From NCBI GenBank assembly GCA_913775595.1, contig CAJYLB010000001.1:62001-126000 (forward strand): a DNA stretch of 64,000 nucleotides. The letters are read 5' to 3'. Source of the stretch: an uncultured Aquiluna sp. GTDB taxonomy: Bacteria > Actinomycetota > Actinomycetes > Actinomycetales > Microbacteriaceae. A program made the position numbers and the translations under genes. The notes below the pieces were generated by a model that was given only the letters and a program-made list of their open reading frames with translations, was not told the origin of the DNA and did not search any database. This document shows, piece by piece, positions 42,275-51,692 of this stretch. Each line of letters opens with the position of its first letter. Position 1 is the first letter of the stretch.

Positions 42275-43299
42275 TACTTTCTCCTTGCTCTAATAAATAG
42301 GTCCTGATCGAGCAGTTTCTGCTCAACGATTTCGAGCTCTGCGGCATCTTGAACCGACCCGACACCGATGTCCTGAAGGGCCACCTTGTCACCGCCAAGC
42401 AGCATTGGGGCCAAATAGATGATGAACTCGTCAACTAAATCGAGCTCTACAAACTTGCTTGCCACTGCGGGCCCACCCTCAACCCAGACATGCTTCACGC
42501 CCCGCGAATACAGTTCTTTGAGGGCATGCGCGACGTCCCGGGTTTTGAGGTGGAGAGACTCCGCCCTGTCATTGAAGACTCGGAGCGAACCTGGCAGCTC
42601 GCGCTCTCCAAGCACAACCCTGAGAGGCTGGTGCTCGTAATAACCGCCTTGGTCGTCTCTTGCGGTTAGCTCAGGGTCATCAGCTAGTGCAGTGCCAGTG
42701 CCGACGAGGATTGCGTCAACCTCGCTGCGGCGTTTGTGGCTATCGGATCGCGACATTTCACCCGAGATCCACTTGCTAGAACCGTCTGTGGCAGCCGTCC
42801 TGCCATCGAGGCTGCTGGCCCATTTCAGAGTCACGAAAGGTCTCTCAAGCCTGTTGGCCGTAAGCCAAACCCTGGACTGCTCTTCCGCAGCCAATGCGCC
42901 AACACCGGCAATGACCTCGACTCCACAGCCGCGAAGAAACTCAGCTCCGCCTCCCGAGTCTTTCCCCGGGTCGGAAACTGCATAAACGACCCTTGAGATA
43001 CCCGCGTCAGCAAGCGCTTTTGAGCAGGGTCCGGTCTTGCCAGTGTGATTGCAAGGCTCCAGGGTGACTACTGCTGTGTGGCCGGGGAAGGAGCTGTCGC
43101 CAGTTTTCGCCCTGAGCTCTTTGATAGCCATTACCTCGGCATGGTCTGTTCCAGAGCCCTTGTGGTATCCCTCAGCGACAATCTGATGTTTTTCGTCGAG
43201 AATTACCGCACCCACCTGCGGGTTCACCCCTTGGGCCGGGCCCAGCAGGGCAAGCTCAAGAGCGCGGCTCATTGCCGCTTCGAACTGGCTCTGTGACAT
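42274..43299 (-). CDS. ribD: Riboflavin biosynthesis deaminase/reductase
   Basis: NPQVGAV, HAE, TLEPCNHTGKTGPC, LKWASSLDG, DAILVG.GT..DDP.LT, VEGG. Confidence 0.97.
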   Translation of the reverse strand: MSQSQFEAAMSRALELALLGPAQGVNPQVGAVILDEKHQIVAEGYHKGSGTDHAEVMAIKELRAKTGDSSFPGHTAVVTLEPCNHTGKTGPCSKALADAGISRVVYAVSDPGKDSGGGAEFLRGCGVEVIAGVGALAAEEQSRVWLTANRLERPFVTLKWASSLDGRTAATDGSSKWISGEMSRSDSHKRRSEVDAILVGTGTALADDPELTARDDQGGYYEHQPLRVVLGERELPGSLRVFNDRAESLHLKTRDVAHALKELYSRGVKHVWVEGGPAVASKFVELDLVDEFIIYLAPMLLGGDKVALQDIGVGSVQDAAELEIVEQKLLDQDLFIRARRK

Positions 43300-43359
43300 C
43301 CTGCCCTCTTTTCTCAGCGCAGGACAGGGCAGGGAATACGGGTGCGCGAAGCATCCCGA

Positions 43360-43503
43360 GCTCTTCTCCCATCCGGACTTTACCGTCGGTATCGGAATTT
43401 CACCGATTCAACCGCCTGGGGTCTAACCGCTGGCTGCGGAGTTCCCAGTCGGGTCGCGGACTATAACCGCCGGTTCAGAATTTCACTGACCCCGAAGAAC
43501 TGT
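43360..43503 (-). ncRNA. FMN riboswitch (RFN element) upstream of ribD
   Basis: Minus strand reads GTTCTTCGGGGTCAGTGAAATTCTGAACCGGCGGTTATAGTCCGCGACCCG...TTGAATCGGTGAAATTCCGATACCGACGGTAAAGTCCGGATGGGAGAAGAG, the canonical RFN blocks; sits in the rib operon leader. Confidence 0.95.
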
Positions 43504-43542
43504 GCTTGTTTAGAACAATACTCTTTTGGACTGAGAAATTCC

Positions 43543-44547
43543 TCAGCGTTTTGGTATGAAGCCAAGCTTGGCATGGACATCTGAGAGGGTTTTCTCCGCT
43601 AGCTCGCTGGCCTTCTCTGCCCCAAGTGCAAGCAGACTATCTAGCTCGGCTGAATCCTCAAGAAGGTCTTTTGTGCGCTGTTGCATAGGCTCGACCAGGC
43701 TAATGACCGCTTCGGCAACTGCGGACTTCAGGTCTCCGTACCCCTTGTCCGCGAACTCGCTCTCGAGAGTCGAAACGCTCTTGCCTGTGACGGCGGCAAA
43801 GATGCCGAGAAGGTTTGAAACTCCAGGCTTGCTATCGCGGTCGAAGCGAACCTCGCCATCGGTGTCAGTCACCGCACTCTTAATCTTCTTCGCAATTGCC
43901 GAGGGCTCGTCCATGAGGTTTATCAGGCCTTTGGGATCCTGAGTTGACTTTGACATCTTTGCGGTGGGTTCTTGGAGATCGTAGATCTTGGCAGTCTCCT
44001 TCAAAATGTGAGCCTCAGGAATCTCGAAGGTCTTTCCAAAGCGGCTGTTGAATCTCATCGCAAGGTCTCGGGTGAGCTCCAGGTGTTGGCGTTGGTCCTC
44101 GCCCACGGGAACGCTCTTGGGTTGGTAAAGGAGAATGTCGGCGGCCTGCAGTATCGGGTAGGTGAACAGGCCAACGGAGCTAACATCTACGCCGCCCTTT
44201 TGGCTCTTGTCCTTGAACTGCGTCATTCTCGATGCCTCACCAAAACCCGTGATGCAGTTCAGCACCCAGGCCAGTTCTGCATGGGCAGGAACGTGAGACT
44301 GGACAAACAGTGTTGCCTGCTGCGGGTCCAGGCCAGCAGCAATGTATTGGGCGGCGGTTCTCCTGGTGTTCTCCAAGAGCTCTTTGGGGTCCTGGGGAAC
44401 CGTTATTGCGTGGAGGTCAACAATTACGTAGTAGGCGTTGTGGCTCTCTTGCATTTCAACCCATTGCCTCAGTGCACCTAAGTAGTTGCCAAGATGCAGA
44501 GATGAAGCAGAGGGCTGCATGCCACTGAGCAGGTTAGGTTTTCCCAC
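43543..44547 (-). CDS. trpS: Tryptophan--tRNA ligase
   Basis: SGMQP...[37 protein letters not shown]. Confidence 0.98.
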   Translation of the reverse strand: MGKPNLLSGMQPSASSLHLGNYLGALRQWVEMQESHNAYYVIVDLHAITVPQDPKELLENTRRTAAQYIAAGLDPQQATLFVQSHVPAHAELAWVLNCITGFGEASRMTQFKDKSQKGGVDVSSVGLFTYPILQAADILLYQPKSVPVGEDQRQHLELTRDLAMRFNSRFGKTFEIPEAHILKETAKIYDLQEPTAKMSKSTQDPKGLINLMDEPSAIAKKIKSAVTDTDGEVRFDRDSKPGVSNLLGIFAAVTGKSVSTLESEFADKGYGDLKSAVAEAVISLVEPMQQRTKDLLEDSAELDSLLALGAEKASELAEKTLSDVHAKLGFIPKR

Positions 44548-44555
44548 TTCGTCTC

Positions 44556-45362
44556 CTAAAGCTTGTAATCAACAACCACCGGGGAATGATCGCTCCAACG
44601 AGCGTCATAGCTTGGCGCTCTGTCTACCCGATAATTCTGCCCCAGCTTTGCAAGCTCCGGTGTAGCCAGCTGATAATCAATCCGCCATCCAGCGTCCGTG
44701 TCGAAAGCTTTTCCCCTGTAGGACCACCAGGTATAGGGTCCGGGCACACCAGGATGCGCTGCACGGCCCATGTCCACCCAGCCCTGCTTTGCAAAGTCAT
44801 CGAAGTAGGCGCGCTCTTCAGGTAGGAAACCGGCGGACTTCAGGTTACCTTTCCAGTTTTTGATGTCCAGTTCGGTGTGCCCGACATTCAAATCACCGAC
44901 CACTACCGCGAGCCTCTTCGAGCTCATCAGCTCGGCCATGCGCTCACGCATTGCGTCTAAGAACTTGTACTTCTCAACCTGTTTGGGTGTATCAGCCTCA
45001 CCCGAGTGGACGTAGCAGCTGACAACCGTAAGTGGTCCAGCACCGGTCTCAAGGTCAGTCTCCAGCCATCTCCCGAAGGAATCGAATTCTTCAGGGCCAA
45101 TGTCTGTGCGATGGTTGAGAACTTTCGCTTTTGTGAGGACAGCAACGCCGGCTCTGCCCTTTGCACTCGCCTCCTGGTCGAAGATGTTCCAGCCACCAGC
45201 GAGTGGACCGTCACCCTCTGCCAGTTTTCTAAGTTCCTCAGAAGGAGCCCTTACCTCTTGCAAACAGAGGATGTCTGGGTCCGTCTCTTTCAGCCAGGCG
45301 TCCATGCCCTTTCGAGCTGCGGCACGTATGCCATTTACATTAACCGTTGCGAGAGTGAGCAC
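44556..45362 (-). CDS. xth: Exodeoxyribonuclease III / AP endonuclease
   Basis: [42 protein letters not shown]. Confidence 0.95.
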   Translation of the reverse strand: MLTLATVNVNGIRAAARKGMDAWLKETDPDILCLQEVRAPSEELRKLAEGDGPLAGGWNIFDQEASAKGRAGVAVLTKAKVLNHRTDIGPEEFDSFGRWLETDLETGAGPLTVVSCYVHSGEADTPKQVEKYKFLDAMRERMAELMSSKRLAVVVGDLNVGHTELDIKNWKGNLKSAGFLPEERAYFDDFAKQGWVDMGRAAHPGVPGPYTWWSYRGKAFDTDAGWRIDYQLATPELAKLGQNYRVDRAPSYDARWSDHSPVVVDYKL

Positions 45363-45378
45363 GGGTCTAACTTAGGAG

Positions 45379-45825
45379 CTAGATAAGTGCATAGAGGTCA
45401 CTGCCTCGCACTTCCAGCTGAATTTTCCCGAGTGGACTGTTTGCCGGACCCGAGACTGGCTCACCCGTATCGGGGCTGAACCGAGCTCCGTGGCAACCGC
45501 AGGCAATCTCGTCATCCCTTATGCCATTTACTATGCAGCCGGCATGGGTGCACTTAGCCGAAAATGCTCTGAACACTCCCTCTCTGGGTTGGGTCACCAA
45601 AATAGTCAGGCTCTCATCCACCATGAATTTTGTTCCAGATCCGACCATTACTTCAGCAGTGGAACCAAGGAGTATCTCGCCTGACAGCTCTTCGGGAGCT
45701 TCATCTACGGTTGCAGACGGCGGGGTGGTCTCAGCTGGCTCTGGCTCTGATGCGCATGCTGCAAGGGTTACTGCACCGGTTGCTGCAAGGCCTGACGCGA
45801 CAACGGTTCTGCGAGAAATGGACAT
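45379..45825 (-). CDS. Rieske (2Fe-2S) domain Tat-lipoprotein
   Basis: SRRTVV twin-arginine signal, LAAC lipobox, CTHAGC and CGCHGARF Rieske boxes. Confidence 0.88.
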   Translation of the reverse strand: MSISRRTVVASGLAATGAVTLAACASEPEPAETTPPSATVDEAPEELSGEILLGSTAEVMVGSGTKFMVDESLTILVTQPREGVFRAFSAKCTHAGCIVNGIRDDEIACGCHGARFSPDTGEPVSGPANSPLGKIQLEVRGSDLYALI

Positions 45826-45848
45826 GCACTGCCCAACAGAAAAATTGC

Positions 45849-46580
45849 CTAGGGTCTTCCCCGAAGAATTGCCTGCTTTACCTCTGCGATGGCTTTGGTC
45901 ACTTCAATTCCTCTGGGGCAAGCCTCGGTGCAGTTAAAGGTTGTACGGCAGCGCCAGACACCTTCTTTGTCGTTGAGAATGTCGATCCTCACCTGAGAAC
46001 CTTCGTCGCGTGAGTCGAAGATGAACCTGTGAGCGTTGACAATGGCAGCGGGGCCGAAGTACTGGCCGTCTGTCCAGAACACAGGGCAGCTTGTGGTGCA
46101 GGCTGCGCAAAGAATGCACTTGGTGGTGTCGTCGTAGCGGGCGCGATCTTCTGGGGACTGCAGACGCTCTTTTGCAGGGGTGTCGCTAGCCATCAGGAAC
46201 GGGTTGATGTCACGGTAGGCCTGATAGAAGGGCTCCATGTTTACGATGAGGTCTTTCTCAACCGGAAGTCCCTTGATTGGCTCCACGTAGATTGGGTTTG
46301 AGATGTCGAGGTCCTTAATCAGGGTCTTGCATGCCAGGCGATTTCTACCGTTGATGCGCATCGCGTCCGAACCACAGACTCCGTGAGCACAGGAGCGACG
46401 AAATGTCAGCGAGCCGTCTATTTCCCACTTGATCTTGTGGAGGGCATCTAGCACTCGGTCTGTGCCAAACATCTCGACGTCATAGTCAACCCACTTAGGC
46501 TCCTGGTCGACCTCAGGGTCAAACCTGCGGATCATCAGGGTTACTGTGAAGCTGGCTACCTCAGCTATTGCCTTCTCCAT
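45849..46580 (-). CDS. sdhB: Succinate dehydrogenase Fe-S subunit
   Basis: FRRSCAHGVCGSD, CILCAACTTSCP, CRTTFNCTEACP. Confidence 0.97.
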   Translation of the reverse strand: MEKAIAEVASFTVTLMIRRFDPEVDQEPKWVDYDVEMFGTDRVLDALHKIKWEIDGSLTFRRSCAHGVCGSDAMRINGRNRLACKTLIKDLDISNPIYVEPIKGLPVEKDLIVNMEPFYQAYRDINPFLMASDTPAKERLQSPEDRARYDDTTKCILCAACTTSCPVFWTDGQYFGPAAIVNAHRFIFDSRDEGSQVRIDILNDKEGVWRCRTTFNCTEACPRGIEVTKAIAEVKQAILRGRP

Positions 46581-48346
46581 TAGTACTTACGCTCCATCGG
46601 CTGGTAGTTGGTGATGACAACCGGCTTCCAGTCGACCTTGATGTCGATGCCGGTCTTCTTATCGATCTTGCTCTGCTTGTATGCCATGGAGTGAACCATG
46701 AACTTCTTGTCATTACGCTCGGTGAAGTCCTCGCGGAGGTGTGCGCCTCTACTCTCGCGGCGCTCGCGGCAAGTGATAACCGTTACCTCAGCCAGATCCA
46801 GCAAGAACCCAAGCTCCACAGCTTCCAGTAGATCGGTGTTAAAGCGCTTGCCCTGATCCTGAACAGAGATCTTTTCGTAGCGCTTTCTAAGCTCAGCAAT
46901 CTTTTCCAGGGCCTCGTTCAGGGTTTCCTCAGTCCTGAAGACCTGGGCATTTTTGTCCATGGTTTCCTGGAGCTCCTTGCGAAGCTGAGCTACTTTTTCC
47001 TTGCCCTTTGAGTTGCGAACTTTGGCGAGTAAATCAAGAACATCCTTTGCCGCATCCTCGGGCATCGGCACCTGCTTGGCACTCTTTGCGTATTCCACGG
47101 AGTACTTTCCTGCGCGCTTGCCAAAGACGTTGATGTCGAGCAGAGAGTTTGTTCCAAGTCGGTTGGCCCCGTGAACCGAAACACAGGCGCACTCTCCGGC
47201 TGCGTAGAGACCGGGGATAACAGTGTCGTTGTCACTAAGTACCTCGGCCTTGATATTTGTAGGGATACCACCCATCGCGTAGTGCGCAGTTGGGAACACC
47301 GGCACTGGCTCCGTGTAAGGCTCGACACCCAGGTAGGTTCTCGCAAACTCGGTAATGTCCGGAAGCTTGGCATCGATTACTGCAGGCTCCAGGTGGGTTA
47401 GATCCAATAGCACGTAGTCCTTGTTAGGGCCCGCGCCCCTGCCCTCGCGAACCTCATTGGCCATGGCTCTGGCAACCATATCTCTAGGGGCGAGGTCCTT
47501 AATGGTCGGCGCATAGCGCTCCATGAAGCGCTCGCCCGAGGCATTTCTCAAGATGCCACCCTCACCTCGAGCGGCCTCACTCAGGAGGATGCCCAGGCCA
47601 GCAAGGCCAGTTGGGTGGAACTGGTAGAACTCCATATCCTCAAGAGGGATGCCTCTGCGGAAGGCAATCGCAACTCCATCTCCCGTGAGGGTGTGAGCGT
47701 TTGAGGTTGTCTTGTAGATCTTGCCGAAGCCGCCGGTTGCAAAGACAATCGACTTGCCGGCGAAGACGTGAATCTCTCCGGTGGCCAGCTCATAGGCAAC
47801 CACTCCAGCTGGCTTGCCATCATTCATCACGAGGTCCAGAACATAGAACTCGTTGTAGAACTCGATGCCTAGCTTGACGCAGGTTTGGTAGAGGGTCTGA
47901 AGAATCATGTGGCCGGTGCGGTCAGCGGCATAGCAGCTCCTGCGGACCGGCGCCTTACCGTGGTCGCGGGTGTGACCGCCGAAGCGACGCTGGTCAATCT
48001 TGCCGTCGGGAGTGCGGTTGAAGGGGAGGCCCATGTTTTCAAGGTCGATAACCGCCTGGACAGATTCCTTGGCCAAGATCTCTGCCGCATCTTGATCAAC
48101 CAGGTAGTCACCACCTTTCACGGTGTCAAAGGTGTGCCACTCCCAGCTGTCTTCCTCTACGTTTGCCAGAGCCGCAGCCATACCGCCCTGTGCGGCGCCG
48201 GTGTGGCTGCGGGTTGGGAACAGCTTCGAGATCACAGCAACACTTGCCTCACCGCCCGCCTCGATAGCGGCGCGCATCCCGGCACCGCCGGCACCGACGA
48301 TGATTACATCGTGCGAGTGATAGGTAACGTTGTCGGTTGAGCTCAA
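46580..48346 (-). CDS. sdhA: Succinate dehydrogenase flavoprotein
   Basis: [16 protein letters not shown] (covalent FAD His), QFHPTG, HYAMGG, HGANRLG.NSL, RESRGAH. Start TTG 48346 after GAGG. Confidence 0.97.
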   Translation of the reverse strand: MSSTDNVTYHSHDVIIVGAGGAGMRAAIEAGGEASVAVISKLFPTRSHTGAAQGGMAAALANVEEDSWEWHTFDTVKGGDYLVDQDAAEILAKESVQAVIDLENMGLPFNRTPDGKIDQRRFGGHTRDHGKAPVRRSCYAADRTGHMILQTLYQTCVKLGIEFYNEFYVLDLVMNDGKPAGVVAYELATGEIHVFAGKSIVFATGGFGKIYKTTSNAHTLTGDGVAIAFRRGIPLEDMEFYQFHPTGLAGLGILLSEAARGEGGILRNASGERFMERYAPTIKDLAPRDMVARAMANEVREGRGAGPNKDYVLLDLTHLEPAVIDAKLPDITEFARTYLGVEPYTEPVPVFPTAHYAMGGIPTNIKAEVLSDNDTVIPGLYAAGECACVSVHGANRLGTNSLLDINVFGKRAGKYSVEYAKSAKQVPMPEDAAKDVLDLLAKVRNSKGKEKVAQLRKELQETMDKNAQVFRTEETLNEALEKIAELRKRYEKISVQDQGKRFNTDLLEAVELGFLLDLAEVTVITCRERRESRGAHLREDFTERNDKKFMVHSMAYKQSKIDKKTGIDIKVDWKPVVITNYQPMERKY

Positions 48347-48356
48347 GAGTTCCTCG

Positions 48357-48797
48357 CTATGCTGCTGGGCAGAATGAAGGGAGCAGTTCTGCTGCGGCTC
48401 CCGCTGGGCATGGATCAAAGGTGAAAATTACAAGCGTTCCAAGCAGAATTAGCAGCCCGCCTACCGCCCAGAGGGTGGTCACGAGTCCCTTGCGCAAGGA
48501 CTCCTTCTCGACGTAGTCGTTGACTATGGTGCGCATTCCGTTGGTGCCGTGAATAAGCGCCAACCAAAGCATCGCCATGTCCCAAACCTGCCAGAACGGG
48601 TCGGCCCACTTGCCTGCGACAAAGGCAAAATCGATGGCCTTGATGCCGTCGCCGACTACCAGGTTCACGACCAGGTGAGTGAAAACAAGGACAATAAGCA
48701 GCGGCCCGGAGACTCGCATAAAGAGCCAACCGTATTTTTCCCAGTTTGCCTGCTTGCGGGTTCGAGGAGCGTTTGGGGTCTCGATAACAACAGCCAT
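48357..48797 (-). CDS. sdhD: Succinate dehydrogenase hydrophobic anchor
   Basis: [14 protein letters not shown]...DY, three TM helices; operon position. Confidence 0.92.
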   Translation of the reverse strand: MAVVIETPNAPRTRKQANWEKYGWLFMRVSGPLLIVLVFTHLVVNLVVGDGIKAIDFAFVAGKWADPFWQVWDMAMLWLALIHGTNGMRTIVNDYVEKESLRKGLVTTLWAVGGLLILLGTLVIFTFDPCPAGAAAELLPSFCPAA

Positions 48798-48806
48798 AAT
48801 CGCCTC

Positions 48807-49196
48807 CTAATGTCCAAATACTCGTGCTAGGTGCAGCGGAGTGAAGGCTGCAACGGCGACCACGGTGATTACCATGACGGCCCAAAACATAAGGTTCTGG
48901 TATTTCGTACCCTTTGACCAGAAGTCAACTGCAATGACTCTCAGTCCATTGAGGCCGTGGAACAAGATTGCTCCCACCAAACCAAGCTCGGAGATTCCAA
49001 TAATCGGAGTCTTGTAAGACTCGATGACCACGTTGTATGCCTCTGGGCTAACGCGAACGAGCGCTGTATCCAGCACATGGACGAGCAAAAAGAAGAAGAT
49101 CCCGACGCCGGTGATGCGGTGGAGAACCCAAGACCACATGCCAACCTTGCCTCGGTAGAGAGTTCCTGCGGGCATCGATGCCAAGGCTTCCTCCAT
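48807..49196 (-). CDS. sdhC: Succinate dehydrogenase cytochrome b556 subunit
   Basis: GTLYRG..GMWSWVLHRITG, HVLDT, FHGLNGLR. Real start may be TTG 49184 behind GGAGG. Confidence 0.93.
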   Translation of the reverse strand: MEEALASMPAGTLYRGKVGMWSWVLHRITGVGIFFFLLVHVLDTALVRVSPEAYNVVIESYKTPIIGISELGLVGAILFHGLNGLRVIAVDFWSKGTKYQNLMFWAVMVITVVAVAAFTPLHLARVFGH

Positions 49197-49283
49197 GGAA
49201 AATTGGTTAGTTGATACCTCAAGTCTAACCGAGCCGAAGAAACTCTTTTGTAAACACTGCGAAACATCTAAGGTGAAAAGGCT

Positions 49284-50390
49284 ATGGATTCCGATATGCC
49301 TGCTCTGGAAAGATTTTTTGCCGTTATTCCCGCGGGTGGAATCGGCTCAAGACTCTGGCCGATGTCGCGAGCAAACGAACCAAAGTTCCTTCATGATTTG
49401 ACTGGCAATGGCCAGACCCTCCTTCAGGACACCTGGGACAGGCTAAAGCCAATAGCGCCGGGTCGGACCATGGTTGTCACGGGCGATGTCCACTCCAGAG
49501 CGGTCGCGAGCCAGCTCCCAGAGCTCGACAGTGCAAACGTGATTTTGGAGCCATCCCCAAGGGACTCAACTGCTGCGATTGCATTGGCCGCCGCAGTGCT
49601 CGCTCAGAGGGAACCCGATGTGATCATCGGTTCCTTCGCAGCCGACCACGTGATTGGCGATGCCGCAGGCTTTCAAAAAGCGGTCAAAGAGGCTGTGCTT
49701 GTCGCAGCTACAGGAAAAATTGTGACCATTGGGGTTCGCCCAACTGAGCCCTCAGTGGCTTTCGGCTACATCAAAAAGGGCGATCGCCTACCTTCTGATA
49801 CTGCCTGTGAGGTCCTCGAGTTTGTTGAGAAGCCCGACATCGTTGCGGCCCGAAGGTATGTCGAGAGCGAGGACTACCTGTGGAATGCCGGAATGTTCAT
49901 TGCTCCAGCAAAAAAGCTGCTTGAAGTTTTGGCCAAGACCCAGCCGACGCTTCACGCCGGGGTCACTGAGCTCGCACGGGTTTGGGATTCTGATGATCGC
50001 GACGATGCGATGGCAAAGATTTGGCCGACACTAACCAAAATTGCAATTGATTACTCGGTAGCAGAGCCGGCGGCAAGAGGCGGAGAGGTAGCTGTCGTAC
50101 CCGGAGATTTTGAGTGGCATGACGTTGGAGACTTCGCGGCCATCGCCGAGCTCCAATCACAAGGACGTTCAGGCCATTTGGCTGTTCTCGGCTCGGCTCG
50201 CGTTTTGTCCGACTCCTCGAGCGGAATCTTGGTTAGCGACACGGGGAGGCTAGTCGCCCTAATTGGCCTGGAGGACGTAATCGTGGTAGACACCGCAGAC
50301 GCTCTGCTGGTGACTAGCAAGGAGCATGCCCAGAAGGTGAAAAGCCTTGTTGACTCGCTTCGCGAGTCAGGTCACTCAGAACTTTTGTGA
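49284..50390 (+). CDS. manC: Mannose-1-phosphate guanylyltransferase
   Basis: IPAGG.GSRLWP.SR...PKF, EP..RDS, FVEKP, WNAGMF, IDYSVAE, WHDVG. Confidence 0.93.
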   Translation: MDSDMPALERFFAVIPAGGIGSRLWPMSRANEPKFLHDLTGNGQTLLQDTWDRLKPIAPGRTMVVTGDVHSRAVASQLPELDSANVILEPSPRDSTAAIALAAAVLAQREPDVIIGSFAADHVIGDAAGFQKAVKEAVLVAATGKIVTIGVRPTEPSVAFGYIKKGDRLPSDTACEVLEFVEKPDIVAARRYVESEDYLWNAGMFIAPAKKLLEVLAKTQPTLHAGVTELARVWDSDDRDDAMAKIWPTLTKIAIDYSVAEPAARGGEVAVVPGDFEWHDVGDFAAIAELQSQGRSGHLAVLGSARVLSDSSSGILVSDTGRLVALIGLEDVIVVDTADALLVTSKEHAQKVKSLVDSLRESGHSELL

Positions 50391-50394
50391 ACAT

Positions 50395-50418
50395 CTCAGA
50401 TTGATAAATCTGAGTTTT
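50395..50418 (+). terminator. Possible intrinsic terminator after manC
   Basis: CTCAGATT-GATA-AATCTGAG followed by TTTT; the stem is AT-rich, so it could instead be an operator. Confidence 0.4.
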
Positions 50419-50506
50419 AGCCCGGTTTGGGTCTTTTTTGCGGAGTAGAGTTTTGACAACTCGGCACCTAATTTAGGTGCCACTTCATTTCATTCAGGAG
50501 GAAACC

Positions 50507-51601
50507 TTGAAGCTAAAGAATGCATCAGCAGCATTCGCTCTTCTGGGTGCATCTGCTCTTGTTCTCTCGGGCTGCGCAGCAGCGCCGGAGGAAGAGCCAG
50601 CAGCAACCAGTACTGCAACTGCAACAGAAGAACCAGCTGCCGAAACCATTGACTACCTAGCATGCGCCGTCTCTGACGAGGGTAGCTGGAACGACAAGTC
50701 ATTCAACGAGTCTGTATACGACGGTCTTGTAATGGCTGAGACTCAGCTCGGCACTCAAATCGCCGAGGCAGAGTCGAACTCTGCTGAGGACTTCCAGCCA
50801 AACCTACAGGCCATGGTTGATCAGGCTTGTGACATCACCTTCGCTGTTGGGTTCAACCTGGTGGCAGATGTCAACGCGATTGCAGCTGCAAACCCAGACA
50901 TGAGCTTTGTGACCATCGATGGTTGGTCAGAGGGCAACGCAAACCTGAAGCCAGTTGTTTACAACATGGCTGAGTCCAGCTACCTAGCTGGCTACGTATC
51001 CGCCGCCTACTCAACCAGCAAGGTTGTAGGCACCTACGGTGGACTTCAGATCCCTGCTGTTACCGACTTCATGGACGGCTTCTACTACGGAGCTATGGCA
51101 TGGGGTGCTGAGAACGGCGTTGAGGTAACCGTTGTCGGTTGGGACCCAGTCGCAATGACCGGTGACTTCATCGGTGACTTCGTACCTAACTCCGGAACCT
51201 CGAAGGCTATCGCTGCAGCTCAGGTAAACGCCGGTGCTGACGTCATCTTCCCAGTTGGTGGTGACCAGTTCGGTGCTGTTTCCGAGGCAATCAAGGAGGC
51301 CGGCATTGACGGCGTAATGGTTGGTGTTGACAAGGACGTTGCACTCACCAGCCCAGAGTATGCAGACCTAGTGCTGACCTCAGCTGAGAAGCGCATGACC
51401 AATGCTGTCTACGACATCATTGCTGAGCTCTCCGCTGGCGGCGCTTTCAACGGTGACGCATACGTTGGAACCTTGGCAAACGGTGGAACCGGTCTAAGCC
51501 CGTTCTACGAGTTTGACGCAATGATTGATGATGCAACCAAGGCTCGCCTAGCCGAGCTTGAGGCTGGCATCATCGCAGGTGAGGTAGACCCTAAGGCCTA
51601 A
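50507..51601 (+). CDS. BMP-family (PnrA-like) nucleoside-binding lipoprotein
   Basis: Lipobox LSGC, DKSFN, YLAG, GADVIFPVG, GVDKD; AGGAGG RBS before TTG 50507. Confidence 0.92.
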   Translation: MKLKNASAAFALLGASALVLSGCAAAPEEEPAATSTATATEEPAAETIDYLACAVSDEGSWNDKSFNESVYDGLVMAETQLGTQIAEAESNSAEDFQPNLQAMVDQACDITFAVGFNLVADVNAIAAANPDMSFVTIDGWSEGNANLKPVVYNMAESSYLAGYVSAAYSTSKVVGTYGGLQIPAVTDFMDGFYYGAMAWGAENGVEVTVVGWDPVAMTGDFIGDFVPNSGTSKAIAAAQVNAGADVIFPVGGDQFGAVSEAIKEAGIDGVMVGVDKDVALTSPEYADLVLTSAEKRMTNAVYDIIAELSAGGAFNGDAYVGTLANGGTGLSPFYEFDAMIDDATKARLAELEAGIIAGEVDPKA

Positions 51602-51625
51602 GCCACCTGAAAACATCAACGAAGG

Positions 51626-51657
51626 GGGCCGCAGGTAAAACTGCGGCCCTTTTCTTT
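51626..51657 (+). terminator. Intrinsic terminator / stabilising hairpin after the BMP gene
   Basis: GGGCCGCAG-GTAAAA-CTGCGGCCC followed by TTTTCTTT. Confidence 0.8.
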
Positions 51658-51692
51658 GCCAAAATAGAGTGGTCGCACAAAGGAGTGCTCAA

